Positions 1 through 13,029 of a DNA stretch of 64,000 nucleotides are shown piece after piece (position 1 is the first letter of the stretch; every line of letters begins with the position of its first letter). The notes beneath the pieces are model-generated. The model ran no database searches, was not told the origin of the DNA, and saw only the letters and a program-made list of their open reading frames with translations. A program made the translations under genes and the position numbers. Source of the stretch: Hypanus sabinus (Eukaryota); NCBI RefSeq assembly GCF_030144855.1, contig NC_082711.1:148056001-148120000 (forward strand), read 5' to 3'.

Positions 1-784
1 ATTCAATGTGCTTTCTGGTAGACATTAACAATTTGCTGTGCTTGGAATGCTTCTCTTCAATTCACACTTGTTCTATTGCCATTTACCCATGTACTGTCAC
101 GTTAATAACTGATAGACAATTCCTGGATTTTGATTGCATGATGATGGAAGAAACAATGTTGTCAGTAGACCTTTGTTTCTGTTGCCTTTGTCCTCCTAAT
201 TAGTGGAGATTAGTGGCTTGGAAGAAACTTGGTGGATTGCTACAGTATGTTTTTTTTAGATGGGACACACTGCACCTACGTGCTTTGGTGTGGGAGAAGG
301 GGATTATTTAAGATTGTCATTATATTGCCAATTAAATGCCCTTACTCAAGTCATATTATACTGGAGGTTTTGTTGGAGCTGCACTCAGCTAGGAAGTGGA
401 GAGTATTCTTTGTAGGTGGTCAAACAGCTCTGTAACCAAGAGATGTTTTAGTCTCTCATTAGTCCAGTCAAATCCCTGATTAAATATTGATGGTGTGTCA
501 TTAAAGATGGTTTAGACCTCCTCTAAAAGAAGACTGTCATTGCTTGACAGAGATACAGTCTTCCATTTATCATTCTATGCCAGAATGTTGTCTAGGATTT
601 GCTGCAGGAAGCTGTGAAGTGGTTTATGATCTGAGGTGCTGTGGGTAAGGCTACACACTGAAAATGACTCCCATTTGACTGCATGGTATTTTATATCTTT
701 ATTATTTTAATATTTTTCTCAAGGCCTGGAGGGAGGCTATCTTGCACCTTGAGTCTGCTGGCTCTCACAGTAATCCCATTCTTT

Positions 785-970
785 CACAAACAAAGAGAAA
801 ATGTGCAGATGCTGGAAATCCAAGCAACACAACACAAAATGCTGCAGGAAGTCAGCAGGCCAGGCAGCATCTATGGAAAGGAGTAAATTTGATCTTCTGG
901 GCCTTCCTGAAGAAGGGTCTCGGCCTGAAATGTTGACTGTACTCCTTCACATAGATGTTGCCTGTCCTGC
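785..970 (+). mobile_element. Penelope-like pLTR inverted-repeat fragment with minimal hammerhead motif (907-934)
   Basis: CTGAAGA-AGGgtctcggCCT-GAAA-TGTT, flanked by inverted GATGCTGCCTG-type pLTR sequence. Confidence 0.7.
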
Positions 971-1519
971 TCAATCCCATTCTTTCTCTCATTTCCTTAT
1001 AGCTCACTCCATCAACCATCTTGATTTTCCTGTCCTCTGCCTATAGTAATTAACTAAACTACCACCACATCCTTGTGTTCACTCTCTTAACGATTCATTC
1101 TTCTGCCATTTCTGGATTTTTGTTTGGACGAAAGTTGTAATTGGGCCTGAAGTTAAGTAGTTCTCGTAACAAGCAGGTTATTGGTGAATACCACCTGAGG
1201 CATTAAGGTGAGAGGGGAAAGTTTAGGGCAAGTTTTTTGTTTGCACAGAGTGCAGGGTGCCTGGGGTAGCAGTGGAGGCATATGTAGTCAAAGCATTTAA
1301 GAGGCTTTTTAGATGGAACCTGTGTACAGAGAATGGAGGGAAATGGACATTGTGCCGGCAGAAAGAATTTGTTTAGATAGGCTTTTAATTAGTTTGACTC
1401 GGGACCTATTCCTGTGCTCTAATGTTCTATATCACTGTAACTTATTTGAGAGTCATCTCGCATTGTAATAATTGGCCAGATTTGATATTTGGAAGATGGT
1501 GTTAATATTACAATATAAA

Positions 1520-2610
1520 TGGATTCACAGACTATTCAGAAATCTTATGGTGGTGGGGAAGAAGCAGTTTTTTAATCATTGAGTGTGGATCGTCAACCTC
1601 ATGTAACCCCTCCTCAGTGCTAAGAATGAAAAGACGTCATGTCCTGTATAGTGAGGATCCTTACTGATGAAAGCCACCTTTTTGAGGCACTGCCTCTTGA
1701 AGGTGCCCTTGATGTGAGGGAGGCTTCTACCTGTGATGTAGCTTGCTGAATCTACAACCCTCTGCAGCCTCTTCCAATCATGTGCATTAAAGCCTCTATA
1801 CCAGGCTGTGATGCACCTAGTCAGAATGCAGTGCACTGTAAGTCTATAGAAATTTCAAACAAGAAAATTTGCAGATGCTGGAAATCCAAGCTATTCACAC
1901 AAATTGCTGGAGGAACTCAGCAGGCCAGGTGACATATATGGGGGAGAAACGTACAGTCGACGTTTCGAGCTGAACCCCTTCAGCAGGACTGTACATTTTT
2001 TCCATAGTGCTGCCTGGCCTGCTGAGTTCCTCCAGCATTTTGTGTCTATAGAAATTTGCAAGAATCTTTCATGATATAGCAGATCTCATCAAACTCCAAA
2101 GAAGTGGAGCCACTGACATGCCTTCTTCGTGATTGCATCAGTGTATTGTACCTAAGATAAATCCTTAGATATATTGGAAGCTGCTCACCCTTTCCACTGC
2201 TGACTCTTCAATGAGGTATTCTACTGACTTACCCTTCTTGAAGTCTATAATCAATTCCTTCATCTTGCTGATGAGCGTAAGGTTGCTGTTGCAACACCAC
2301 TTAACTAGCTGATCTGTCTCACTCCTGTGTACCACCTTGTAGCCATCTGAGATTTTACCAACAATGATGGTGTCGTTGTGCACTTGTCGATGGCTTTCAA
2401 AGTGGACTTGGCCACAGTCATGAATGTAGAGCAGTGGGCTAAGCATGCATCTCTGAAGTCAGTGATTGTCAGTGAAAAGGAGAGGTTGTGACCAATCTGC
2501 ACTGACTCCCAATAAGGAGGTCAAAGATCCTTTTGCAGAGGGAAGTACGGAGGTCCAAGTTTAAAGGCTTGGTGATTAATACTGAGGAGATGATGGTGTT
2601 GAACACCAAG
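1520..2610 (-). mobile_element. Rex1/Babar-like LINE fragment, interrupted at 1856-2043
   Basis: RT-like peptides LSPLLY, KELIIDF, ILTRCITAWY, LQRVVDSASYITG in ORFs 1576..1836 and 2165..2446. Confidence 0.8.
1856..2043 (-). mobile_element. Hairpin-shaped Penelope pLTR unit with central hammerhead motif (1951-1994)
   Basis: 14-bp TSD GTCTATAGAAATTT (1842-1855, 2044-2057); long inverted arms; minus strand GTACAGTC-CTGCTGA..GAAACGTC-GACTGTAC. Confidence 0.85.
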
Positions 2611-3518
2611 CTGTAGTCCTGAAAGGATCAACACTGGGGTCTCAGTGATATTCTCAAATGAAAACTTGTATAGACGAGGTGATTAGTAAGCTTGCAAATG
2701 GCACAAGAATTGGTGGTTGGTTGTCATAACAACCACCTCACGCTTAACATCACCAAATCCAAAGAACTGAACGTGGACTGAGAAAAGACGTATTGAACTA
2801 TGTTGGGGCAAATGTGCAGAGCTCTTTGGGAGATCAAATGTAAGAGAAAATATGCATTAAATGACAGGACCCATGGGAGTATTGATGTACAGGAGGATCT
2901 TGTAGTGAGAGCCCAGATCTCCCTGAAAGTAGCAACACAGAGATATTATGGTAAAGAATGTGTACAGCATTCATTCCTACATTGATTGGGATGTTGTGTA
3001 GGAAATTTGTTTTGCAGCTGTGTAAAACTTTTGTTAGTTCATCCATTTAAAAAAAAATAAAGGATTTGGAAGCTTTTGAGGGTGCACACCATTATTGATA
3101 GAACATGATGGGTCTAGAGCAGGGGTTCTCAACCTGTGGTAAGGCTCCTTGGCATTTTTTAAAAAAAAGGATTGGGAACCATTCAAGAGAGTGGTGCATT
3201 TTGTTAGTTGTAAAGTTCTTACGGGTGTTTGTATTCAGATACAATATAGGTGCCTTGCTCTGAGAGATCCTTTGCATTTTTTGTTACAAATTGCAGTGAA
3301 CCAAAGTAACGTTCTTAACTTGCTGTTTGAAAAGTAACAAGTTTATACCATGAAGTTACAGAATGTCGGATAATCAGCTCTGCTGGTTTATGGTGGACAC
3401 ATATCCCCAGTGTCCTATTTAAACAGGGTACCATGTTGTGATGTAGTCTACATCATCTTCACTTGTGCATGAGTCCATTTTCTCTAGTTAATGGAGTGAT
3501 TCTTTAAATTCATTACAG

Positions 3519-3653
3519 GACCCACAATGCAATGGGTGGAACTATCCCATTTAAGAAGGCCTTAACAGAGCGTCTAGCGATAATCCAACCGTCACGAGAT
3601 CAAGTGAACAAACTAATAAATGATCATCCACCTTGCTTAACTGACGGCATGAT
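3519..3653 (+). CDS. PSPH: PSPH internal exon (135 nt)
   Basis: ttacag|g acc cac aat gca atg ggt gga...ggc atg at|gtaagt. Confidence 0.95.
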
Positions 3654-6600
3654 GTAAGTTATTGTAGGTGCTCTTAATAGTATAAAAAGTGTGAAATTGC
3701 AGGATTGTTTGTAAGGATGTGGCAGCATTGTGATGAGAAAGAAGAAATTTTTTGTAAGAGGAGTAAGAAAATATAAATTTAATTGCTGTATTTCTATTGT
3801 ATCTTCTTCCCTAGAGGGGATATGCCATGTATAATTCTTGAAGAGTGGGGCTCTCTCTAACATTAATATTCATGTGTGTGTATTTAGAATAATAAACTTC
3901 AGGGTCTATATTTTGTAATGGTGATCAAAAATTAGCTTAATACTATTTTTAAAACTTTTCAAATGGGGTATATGGGATGTAGCAACCCAATATTGGTTGT
4001 GCTTTACACCATTTACCTTTAGAAAGACTGGGCTGAACTTGATAGAATGTTATAGGATGGTTCGGTAATTTTGCACTTGCAAAGATTGAAGAAAATTATC
4101 CAAAGGAGCTGGGTGCAAAAGAGAAGAACAAACCAACTTTTGATAAGAAATTCAATGTTGTAATTGTATCAGTAAATTTTGCAGATTAGCCCTGATCTGA
4201 TGAAGCATAATGGCTTTTTAAACTTGTATTTTTAGGAACCTAGTTGATCGGCTTCAGCAGCGAAATGTGCAAGTCTTCTTGATATCTGGTGGATTCCATG
4301 TCATTGTGGACAGCATAGCAGCAAGGATCAATATTCCCTTAACCAATGTCTATGCAAACAAGCTGAAGTTTCACATGAATGGTTAGATTTATAATTACTG
4401 ATAAATAACTTTGGACCAGAAATGATTACTTAGTAGGATTCAACCAAAGCAAATGAACTACTGATCATATTGGGAATGTCAAAATCAAAGTCTACCTGCT
4501 GTCATCTACATAAGTATATACGCGGAAAGGTGTAATGATAAACTTGCATTAGCATCTCAGGCGCATAGTATTATATAAGCCTTATTTTTGAGGGAAAGAT
4601 AGGAGATACAAAGATACATTTGTAAGAAAAAGCAAATGGGATTGCAGATATTACGAAGGTTGGAAATCCCATTCAGTTCCTGTCCAGATTAATGGGATGA
4701 ATGATTGCTGTTTTTAATAGCGCAATGTAAAATGATTGTAGTGGAGTTCATCACTTCATTGTAAATATGGGCCACTCTTTGGCATGTGATAGACTTACAT
4801 CTAAAGGAAACTGAAATGGCTAAGGTGGGGGAAAATGCTCAAGGTATGGAAGTAGATTCTCCGTGGGTCTGAGTTACTTGGACATCTTAAACCTGACAAG
4901 TCTGATACTGGTTTCTGAAATTTACTAACTGTAGATGGCTTAGAAAGGGACAGTGAGGGAGCGCTAGAAATACTCAGGGGCTTAATCAGCATTTCTGGAG
5001 AGAAAGGTAATGTTTCAGATTGATGACTTTCATCAGAATGGGCCTATAGAAATTGTAGATTAAAAACAAGTTTGAGTGTAAAAAAAAAAGGCTGTTTGAA
5101 CAAAGAATGATTTTGATAAGGTGGAAGGTTCCAAAGGTGGGAGAGTTTTGGGCCGAATAGAAATTATAGTTTTGAGTTACCTAGTCAATTGCTTGCCAAC
5201 AATCCCCGCCCTTATATTTCTCAGTAAACCCTGTATCTTTGCTCAAATTAAGATCTAAATTCCAAGGTCTCTGTGGACAATTGGCCAAAAGATGTTTTGA
5301 CTTTTGACTGTTTTATGTAGAATAAGTGGGATGAAAACATGTTGAGAATAGAATCTGCATCCAAGTGTATTTTGACTTAAATGTTCATGTAACATTTCTC
5401 TTTATTGTGCCTCACTGACGCTTGTTACCTTGTCTCACTTGCAGACCAAAAGTATCTGAGATATAATCTTCAGTCTCTACCCAGTGGGACATTTCACCCT
5501 TGGGTGTGGGAGATGAGAAACTAGCCACTGTTCCAGAATAAGTGTGGATGGAAGACAGAGATGGCATTGAGCATAGTAGTAAGGCATTCCACAAGTGGAT
5601 AATGTGTCAAGGCTCATCATAGTCACTTAGATAATAGTAGTGAGAAGTTGAGGCAGTGCCTTCTAGCAGAAGGAAGATTTACTGATGGTAATATAATGAA
5701 AGGGGTCATAAAGCTACCTAATATTTTATTTAGTAATTTTTACTGGAAGCAATTTAGAACACTAGGATTTAAATCACTTAGATTACTTATTCACTTATCG
5801 AACAGCAATGTAATTTGTATTGAAAATGTACATAGGTTAGATTTCATTATTAAAGTAACACAGGAATCTTATCCTTTGGTTCCTTACTGGATGTTTGCTA
5901 TTTAGTGTCAACTTTCTTCTTTTCCCTTTCACTGCATTACTTGAATGGACAGGAAGACAATTGTGCTGAAACTGACCTGTGGTTATATGTAGATGTGGGA
6001 GGTAGGTAGCTGGCTGGCCCAAGATGATCTTGTTGTCCTTTCACCATTTAGGTTACCTCTGTCTTCCACATACAGCATGTCTTGCTTCACTTTGAAACCT
6101 TGGAATATTAAAGCCTACTTTAATAAATCATACTTCATCATAAGGGCAATGTACTGTAGAGCGCTGATTGTAGTTCAGTGGTATTCATCTGCATTTCAGA
6201 ATTTAGCTATCTTTTGCATCTGGGTTGTCACAAATGAGCAATTTGTTGCCTTTGGCCATAGCATGATGTGCGGGTAGGATCACAAAATTAAATAAAAGAC
6301 CTCAAAACAAATTCCTTTGACAATCAGACACCTTGTACCTGAAAAGAATTTTGTAGATGCTGCGGTGATGTTCAAGTGGTGTGCAGGTAAGCTCAGGGTT
6401 GGTAATGAAACGTATTGTTATTTGGAATTTGTGCCTTTCTTTTTTTTCACTCCTCCAGATTTATTTTGTGGAGGACATCTGTCCATTTTTAGCAAGTTTC
6501 AGAGGTGACCTAACAGTTGTATTTTATTGCAGGTGATTATGCTGGTTTTGACGAAACACAACCAACAGCAGAATCTGGTGGGAAAGGGCGGGTCATAAGT

Positions 6601-6987
6601 CTCCTGAAGAAAGAAAGAGGCTTTAAGAAAGTTGTGATGATTGGGGATGGAATCACAGACTTGGAGGCTTGCCCACCCGCAGTATGTACACACACTGAAA
6701 CTGTCATATCAAAAGAGTAACTTCAAAGTACAAATTCTAATTTAAGCTTTTCATTATATACGTACATCATCTAATAATAGAATTGGCCTTAATTAGCACC
6801 AAGTCTTTAATTTAGATTCTCTTTAATGTTCTGAAAACCTATTTTCAGAAATGCCTAATAGACTTTTGGCTTCCTGTCCTAGGATGCATTTATTGGATTT
6901 GGTGGGAATGTTGTTCGACAACAAGTAAAGGAAAAAGCCAAATGGTTTGTCACAAGCTTTCAAGAAATTACTGCAGAACTGGAATAG
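3519..6987 (+). CDS. PSPH: Phosphoserine phosphatase, 5'-partial: join(3519..3653,4236..4381,6533..6681,6883..6987); first coding exon lies upstream of the window
   Basis: Spliced translation ..THNAMGGTIPFKKALTERLAIIQPSRDQV..LISGGF..GDYAGFDETQPTAESGGKG..MIGDGITDLEACPPADAFIGFGGNVVRQQVKEKAKWFVTSFQEITAELE* matches recalled vertebrate PSPH including HAD motifs; all junctions AG/GT with compatible phases. Confidence 0.97.
4236..4381 (+). CDS. PSPH: PSPH internal exon (146 nt)
   Basis: ttttag|g aac cta gtt...NVQVFLISGGF...cac atg aat g|gttaga. Confidence 0.95.
6533..6681 (+). CDS. PSPH: PSPH internal exon (149 nt)
   Basis: ttgcag|gt gat tat gct...GDGITDLEACPPA|gtatgt; inside ORF 6517..6720. Confidence 0.96.
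6883..6987 (+). CDS. PSPH: PSPH last coding exon
   Basis: tcctag|gat gca ttt att gga...gaa ctg gaa tag. Confidence 0.95.
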   Translation, partial: DAFIGFGGNVVRQQVKEKAKWFVTSFQEITAELE

Positions 6988-7064
6988 CAAATTTAATTTT
7001 AAAAGACAAATTGTACTTATAAAAATGTATTTATAGGAAAACATGAAATTCTTGAGTGCATTAT

Positions 7065-7070
7065 AATAAA
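7065..7070 (+). terminator. Candidate PSPH polyadenylation signal (alternative AATAAA at 8511-8516)
   Basis: AATAAA 78 nt after the stop codon; actual usage unknown. Confidence 0.35.
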
Positions 7071-9469
7071 TTTAACCTTATCCATGTAACTTTGCTATTT
7101 TGTTTCTGACTTGCTCATTAGAAAAGTGATACAGTTGTTGAGTGCTATTTCTGTTGTATCATTCAGAGCCAGGGCTCACCAGCCACTGGCCTCACAATAC
7201 ACTGCTTAGCAGTGGAACTATAGAAGCTAGGGGAACTTTATATAGGTTGCTGTTTAAAACAGCAACCCATGTTTATGCTTTTGGATTCCCCACATTTCCA
7301 TGTTGTATATCCAGGGCAGAGTGGTTTCCACTTTGAGATTGGTGATACCTTCAGGGAAAGCTTGGTTCAGTGGGAGCATAATGCTTTTTTGTAGTGTGCT
7401 TGGAAATCCAATAATCTCTGCATGACTTTTTTTATCCTCCATTTTCCTCTACAAAGCCCTGTTTATTTGTGTGTGTGTGTATTTCATTTCTAATTAATTT
7501 GCAAATCGTAAAGAGTATATTTGGAATTATGGCACTTTTCTAAAGTCAATAATTGAAAAGAGATTCTGTTTGACTTTAGTTCATTAATTGCAAGACTGGC
7601 TCTAGAATGTTACATTTTTACTACATTTTCTGGTCAAGGTAAATTATCTTGTTTTTAATTTTAAATTAATAGATTTTTGTCCATTGGGGAGGAAAAGTTA
7701 AATATAGAATCTTTCTGTTTACAGCATACCCATGGGAGATGTACTGCTTTGACTGTCATGTATAGTTATTTTCTCAGATGGATAAGTAACCCAGGACTGC
7801 ATTACAGTTCATTAAGTTAATAGTGAATGCAGACAGGTATGCTGTGCTAAATTTGCCCATTCAACTCTGTATTTAACCTTTTTGGAAAAACGAGCCTTTT
7901 GTGAGATTTTAGTTCATATTAGTAGCCCTGCAAATGGAAAGTGGAATCCAGTTCTCAAGGAGCCAAGTGAAGTTTCACCTTTGCCTTATTTGGTGTCTTA
8001 GCAACTATTCTTGCACGCCTGCCAGAAAAACATCATGAAAGTGAGAGTTGAAGGAAGCTATTGAGCCTCTTCAATTAATTATTCAACAGGGTTCTTGATA
8101 TAATGGCACTTATTTCTCTCGAATGATTTCAGAGTACTTTGAATCACTTCTCTATCAGAGGATCATTCCAGATACTAATCATATTATTTCCTAAAAGATT
8201 TTAACTCATTCCTTACTTTACTGTTAGCTCTGTTCTTGAGACAACCAATTTTGTCTTCACATTTATTGGCCATTTTGCAAGTATAGAGGCTTGTTCTTTT
8301 CCTAACATGAAATGTCTAGATGGGCTTCAGATGAATATAATTTAAATTTTGTTTTTCCTTTGTGTGAAACCTATTTTGATCAGTGACCTTGTTGGTTGTT
8401 ATCACAGAAACACCAATTCCAGCCAAGAGGGGAATGGATAATAAAATTACTTAATAATTCACACCCCTCATCACTTTGTTCTCCTTTATGCTTGTGTACT
8501 GAAGAATTACAATAAACTATTTTGAATTTCTCTTGCTTCTTCAGATTGTATGCTGAGACTACCCATTAAGATTTTGATATTAAGAAGGTCATGGGGGCAG
8601 TTTCAGCATGAACTAGATGGACTGAATGGCTTGTTTCTGTCCTGTACTTCTATATGGCTCTGTAATTGTAGGTCAGGGTACACATGGAGAAGGTCTGGCA
8701 GCAGCACCAAAAATATTGAACAAAACATAGAATATGTAATGTATTTTTTGCACAAGTAATGTATTTTTTTTTAACTTGACTTCTTGCCTGCTAACCAGAA
8801 ATCTTGCTAAGAATGTTTTTGAACACTGTCATGCACGTTTCTTACTAGACAGAGCTTCATTCTTCAACAAAACCTTAATGTGAAGTATGCCTATGTCACA
8901 GCAACTTGTAGATGAATAGATGGAAATCTGCAATTCTACTGAGCTGCTATATCAAGGAATTTTTATTTAATGAGCAGGATCTTTTTCTGTAATGTGTGTG
9001 AAGCATTTGTGGAAGATAATAAACCCTCAAACAGTCCAACATTATTTTCCACCTTAAATAGACACATTTCTAATGAGAGGTAATTCCAACATCTCAAATT
9101 CTTCCAAAGTTGGCATTTAGTGCTGTCTCTAGAAAGTATACTTAAAATGGGAAACAGAGTGCCAAGGAAATCCCAGGGAACACGCTCTATTGAAAGGCCT
9201 AGGAAACTACTGTTGAACAATACTATAATTCAGTTCATCGGTCAAAGATGTTGATGCTGTTGTGCCAAATTTAAAGGATATGTTAAAGGATATGCGTTTG
9301 CTGGTGCAGAAATATAAACAGGAAACACATAAGCCTGAGTAGTCTGCAGTGACCACAATGTGCACCTGCTGAAAAAGGCCTTGAGAGTAAGCCCTGAATC
9401 CATGTCTGCTGGTGCCTAAAAGCTATTGCTAGCTGCCCAGAAATGGCACCACTTGCATGTTGCTTGAGA

Positions 9470-10990
9470 AGATACTAAGGACCTGTGCTGAACAAATGTT
9501 AGGACTGTTCACTGGGCTCTTTAACATTACCTTTCAGTTTGACAGTCTGAGGGTAACACCTGCTTCAAGCAGGCTTCAATTATATCGGTGCCTAAGAACA
9601 TGGTGATCTGCCTCAATGACTATCGTCCAGTAACACTTACGCCCATAGTGATGAAGTGTTTTGAGAGAGGTTGGTGATGAAACATAACTCCTGTCAGGGA
9701 AGCAACTTGAATCCGCTCCAATTTGCTATCTCATTGGCTCTTCACTCAAGCCTGAACATCTGGACAGCAAAAATAGATACATAAGGAAGCTCTAGCAACT
9801 AGAGCTCAGCATTTAATATTATCATCCCCTCAAAACTAATCAATAAGCTCCACTACATTAGCCATAATAGCTCCTTGTGCAATTGGATCCTTGATTTCCT
9901 CACTTGCAGTCAATTTGGATTGGCAACATCTCCTCCACGATCTCCATCAGCACAAGCACATCACAAACCTGTGTGCTTAGCCCCCTGCTCTATTTGCTTT
10001 ACACTTACTACAGCTCCAATGCCATATTCAGGTTTGTTGTGACACCACTGTCATGGGCCAAATCAAAGGTGATGAATCAGCCTGTAAGAGGGAGATTGAA
10101 AGTCTGGCTGAGTAGTGCCATAACAGCAATCTCTTACTCAATGTCATCAGGATCAGGACACTGATCACTGACTTAAGCATTCCATGAACTAGTCCTCATT
10201 GGAGGATCAGAGGTGGAGAGGGTCAGTAACTTTAAATTTTTTGATGTTATCATTTCAGAGGACCTGTCCTGGGCCCAGCACACGTGCAATTACAAAGGAA
10301 ACATAGCACACCTCCACTTACTTAGAAGTCCCCGAAGATTTGGCATGACATCTAAAACTTTGACAAACTTCTGTAAATATGTAGTAGAGAATATATTGAC
10401 TGGCGACATCACATGCTGGTATGAAAGCACCAATGCTTTTAAATGGAAAATCCTACAAAAAGTAGTGGACATAGTCCAGTCCATCATGGGCCAAGCACTC
10501 CCCACCGTTGAGCACATCTACCTGAAATGCCAAGGTAAAGCAGCATTTATCATCGGGGATCCCCACCATCCAGAGCATGCTCTCTTCTCGCTGCTGCTAT
10601 CAGAAGGTGGTACAGGAGCTTCAGAACTCACACCACCAAGTTCAGGAACAGTTAATACCCCTCAACCATCAGCGTCTTGAACCAAAGGAGATAACATACA
10701 CTCAACTTCAGTTGCCCCATCATTAAAGTGTTCCCACAACCTATGGACTCACTTTCAAAACTCTTCATCTCCTGTTTATTGCTTATTTATTTATTTATTT
10801 ATTACTATTATTTCTTTCTTTTCGTATGTTGACTTTTGCACACTGGCTGAACACCCAAGTTGGTGCAATCTTTCATTGATTCTGTTATGGCTATTATTGT
10901 ATGGATTTATTGAGTATGCCCACAAGAAAATGAATCTCAAGGTTGTATATGTCGATATATATGTACTTTGATAATAGATTTACTTTGAAG
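9470..10990 (+). mobile_element. Rex1/Babar-like LINE, 5'-truncated and degenerate
   Basis: [45 protein letters not shown]; 3' tail GTACTTTGATAATAGATTTACTTTGAA. Confidence 0.85.
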
Positions 10991-11771
10991 ATGCTGGACC
11001 TCCTCACCTAACAGCAGATTGACACTATCCGGAGCACATGGACTGGAGTAGTTCAAGAAGCCAGCTCATTGTACCTTCTCATGGCAATTTAGAAGCAAGC
11101 AAGAAATGCTGGCTTTATGAACCCTTCCTTCCCTTATAGACTGGGAAGAGATGTTATTTTTTATTTCACTTTAGTATTCATTGTGTGAGCAAGAATATAA
11201 CTTGAATTCCAAGCTTACAAAAAGATACCCAGATTGCAAATTCTTGCAAGTGAATGTTGGTATTTGTTCTAAATGGAATGCTTCTGTCCTTGATACCAAA
11301 ACGGTTAAAAGGGCTTGATTCTGCAAAACGTTACAACCTTATCTGACTGTTAATGTGCAGTCAAATCGTGTTTCTGAGTTTAAAATTCTTCCCTGCTCTG
11401 CGCCAAAAAAATCTCACTTGATTTTGAGGCTAATCTTCTAGGCTAACTCAATTTAACAACTCAGTCTTTCTGTGATTGATAGAATAGCACAGCTTAGATA
11501 TCAGTGTGTTAATTCCCATCTGACTTTCTGTGAAAAACCAAAGAAGGGAAGAAATAGATCTGAGTATAAAATATATTTAACTATCTTCCTTGTTTGATCT
11601 GTTGGTCAATGAACAATGTGAAAAGTCTGGTTGATAACTACTTTGGTTGTTAAGGTTATATAACGCAGCAATTCATCTGTGCTGAAATTCACTGAGTAAT
11701 ACAGTTCATTAATACTCCATATAGGCATCCCATATTTCTACCTGTTCACATGCATTTACAAAAGTTACATA

Positions 11772-12969
11772 CCGTATATTCCGGAGTATAAGCCCACCCC
11801 CCCCCCCCCCCCACCCCATTTTCAAGGTTAAAATAGTGACTTTTTTCATGTTACCTTTGTATAAGCCGATGCCTTTTGTAGAGGTTTTGGATTTAACCAG
11901 AAAAGATCACAAGATCTCACGTGCCGGTACTCAGCTTTGCTGGATCGGGACCCTGGAAATTTTGTGAACCAGTACCTGCTAAGAAAACAGGCCTACACAT
12001 TGTAGAGTGTTATAAGCAAATTCTTAATAAATAACTCAGGGAGGGAAATTTTGGATTAGGTTCCCAATGGAAAAGAACCCCTGAAATGTAACCCCCGTGA
12101 AACCACTTAACGCCCATGGTAATCTTGTTAAAACATAACACGGAGTGCCAGGATCAGTACGTGTACTCAGTATTGAGTTTGCGACCGCCATGTACAAAAG
12201 ATTAAAACGAATGCGATATGATGCTGGCGTCAAGCTGAAGGTTGTTGAATTTGCTGAAGGAACGAATAATTCTACAGCTGCTAAGAAGTTTAGTGTAAAC
12301 GAGAAACAAGTGAGAGAGTGGAGAGAAAGGCAGAGGACACGCTGAGGGAAATGCCAAAGATGAAATGTGCAAACCGCGGGAAAACATGCCAGTGGCCAGA
12401 ACTGGAAGAAAAAGTTTGAGAGTGGGTGAATCACCAGCAATCGTCTGAATACTGGAGATTGTTACTAGAGAAATATTTCGAGTTCAAGCGTTGAAATGGG
12501 ACGAAAAACACCGTGAGGTCAGCGAAAATTTCAAAGCCTCGCGAAGTTGGTGCACCCAATATGTTAATAGACGTGATCTTGTGTTGAGACAAAAAACAAA
12601 GATTGCTTAGAAAATTCCCACGGGGTGTTGACTGGATGGACGAAGCGGGTTGCTTGGAGTAGATTAAAGAGGTGTGACGTCGACGTCCCGAAGGTTTCAG
12701 GAAGGAAAAGTCGCTACCTGTGTGGGACGTGTTCAAAGCGCATGTCAGGTGAGACAAAAGCAGCATTGAAAGCTGGAAATACGGTCATTGCAGTCATCCC
12801 CGGTATGTGAGTTTAAACTATTCAATTTATGCGTCGACAGTGGAATCAATTTGACTCAAAAACAGCGTATTCGTTTTTCCGAAGTTGGCACCCTCTGTAT
12901 AAGCAGACCCTCTAATTTTAGGACCAAAATTTAGGGCTATATTCTCGGCGTATACACAGGAATTTACGG
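11772..12969 (+). mobile_element. pogo-family (POGK-like) DNA transposon, internally deleted
   Basis: TIR CCGTATATTCCGGAGTATA / TATACACAGGAATTTACGG with TA TSD; Brinker-type DBD YDAGVKLKVVEFAE..AAKKFSVNEKQVREWR, CENP-B HTH remnant WPELEEK, DDE remnant AVIPG. Confidence 0.85.
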
Positions 12970-13029
12970 TATATGCTCTTCCCTTCTTTAGAAAACACCG
13001 TTTTCTACTTCCCATAGTGGATTATGGAC

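Noticed and set aside
1-3518. First coding exon of PSPH (DVDST motif)
   Set aside because: Not found; the region is repeat-filled intron, so the gene is 5'-partial here.
7797-7832. Small hairpin CTGCATT..AATGCAG downstream of PSPH as miRNA or SECIS
   Set aside because: Stem too short and irregular; PSPH has no in-frame UGA.
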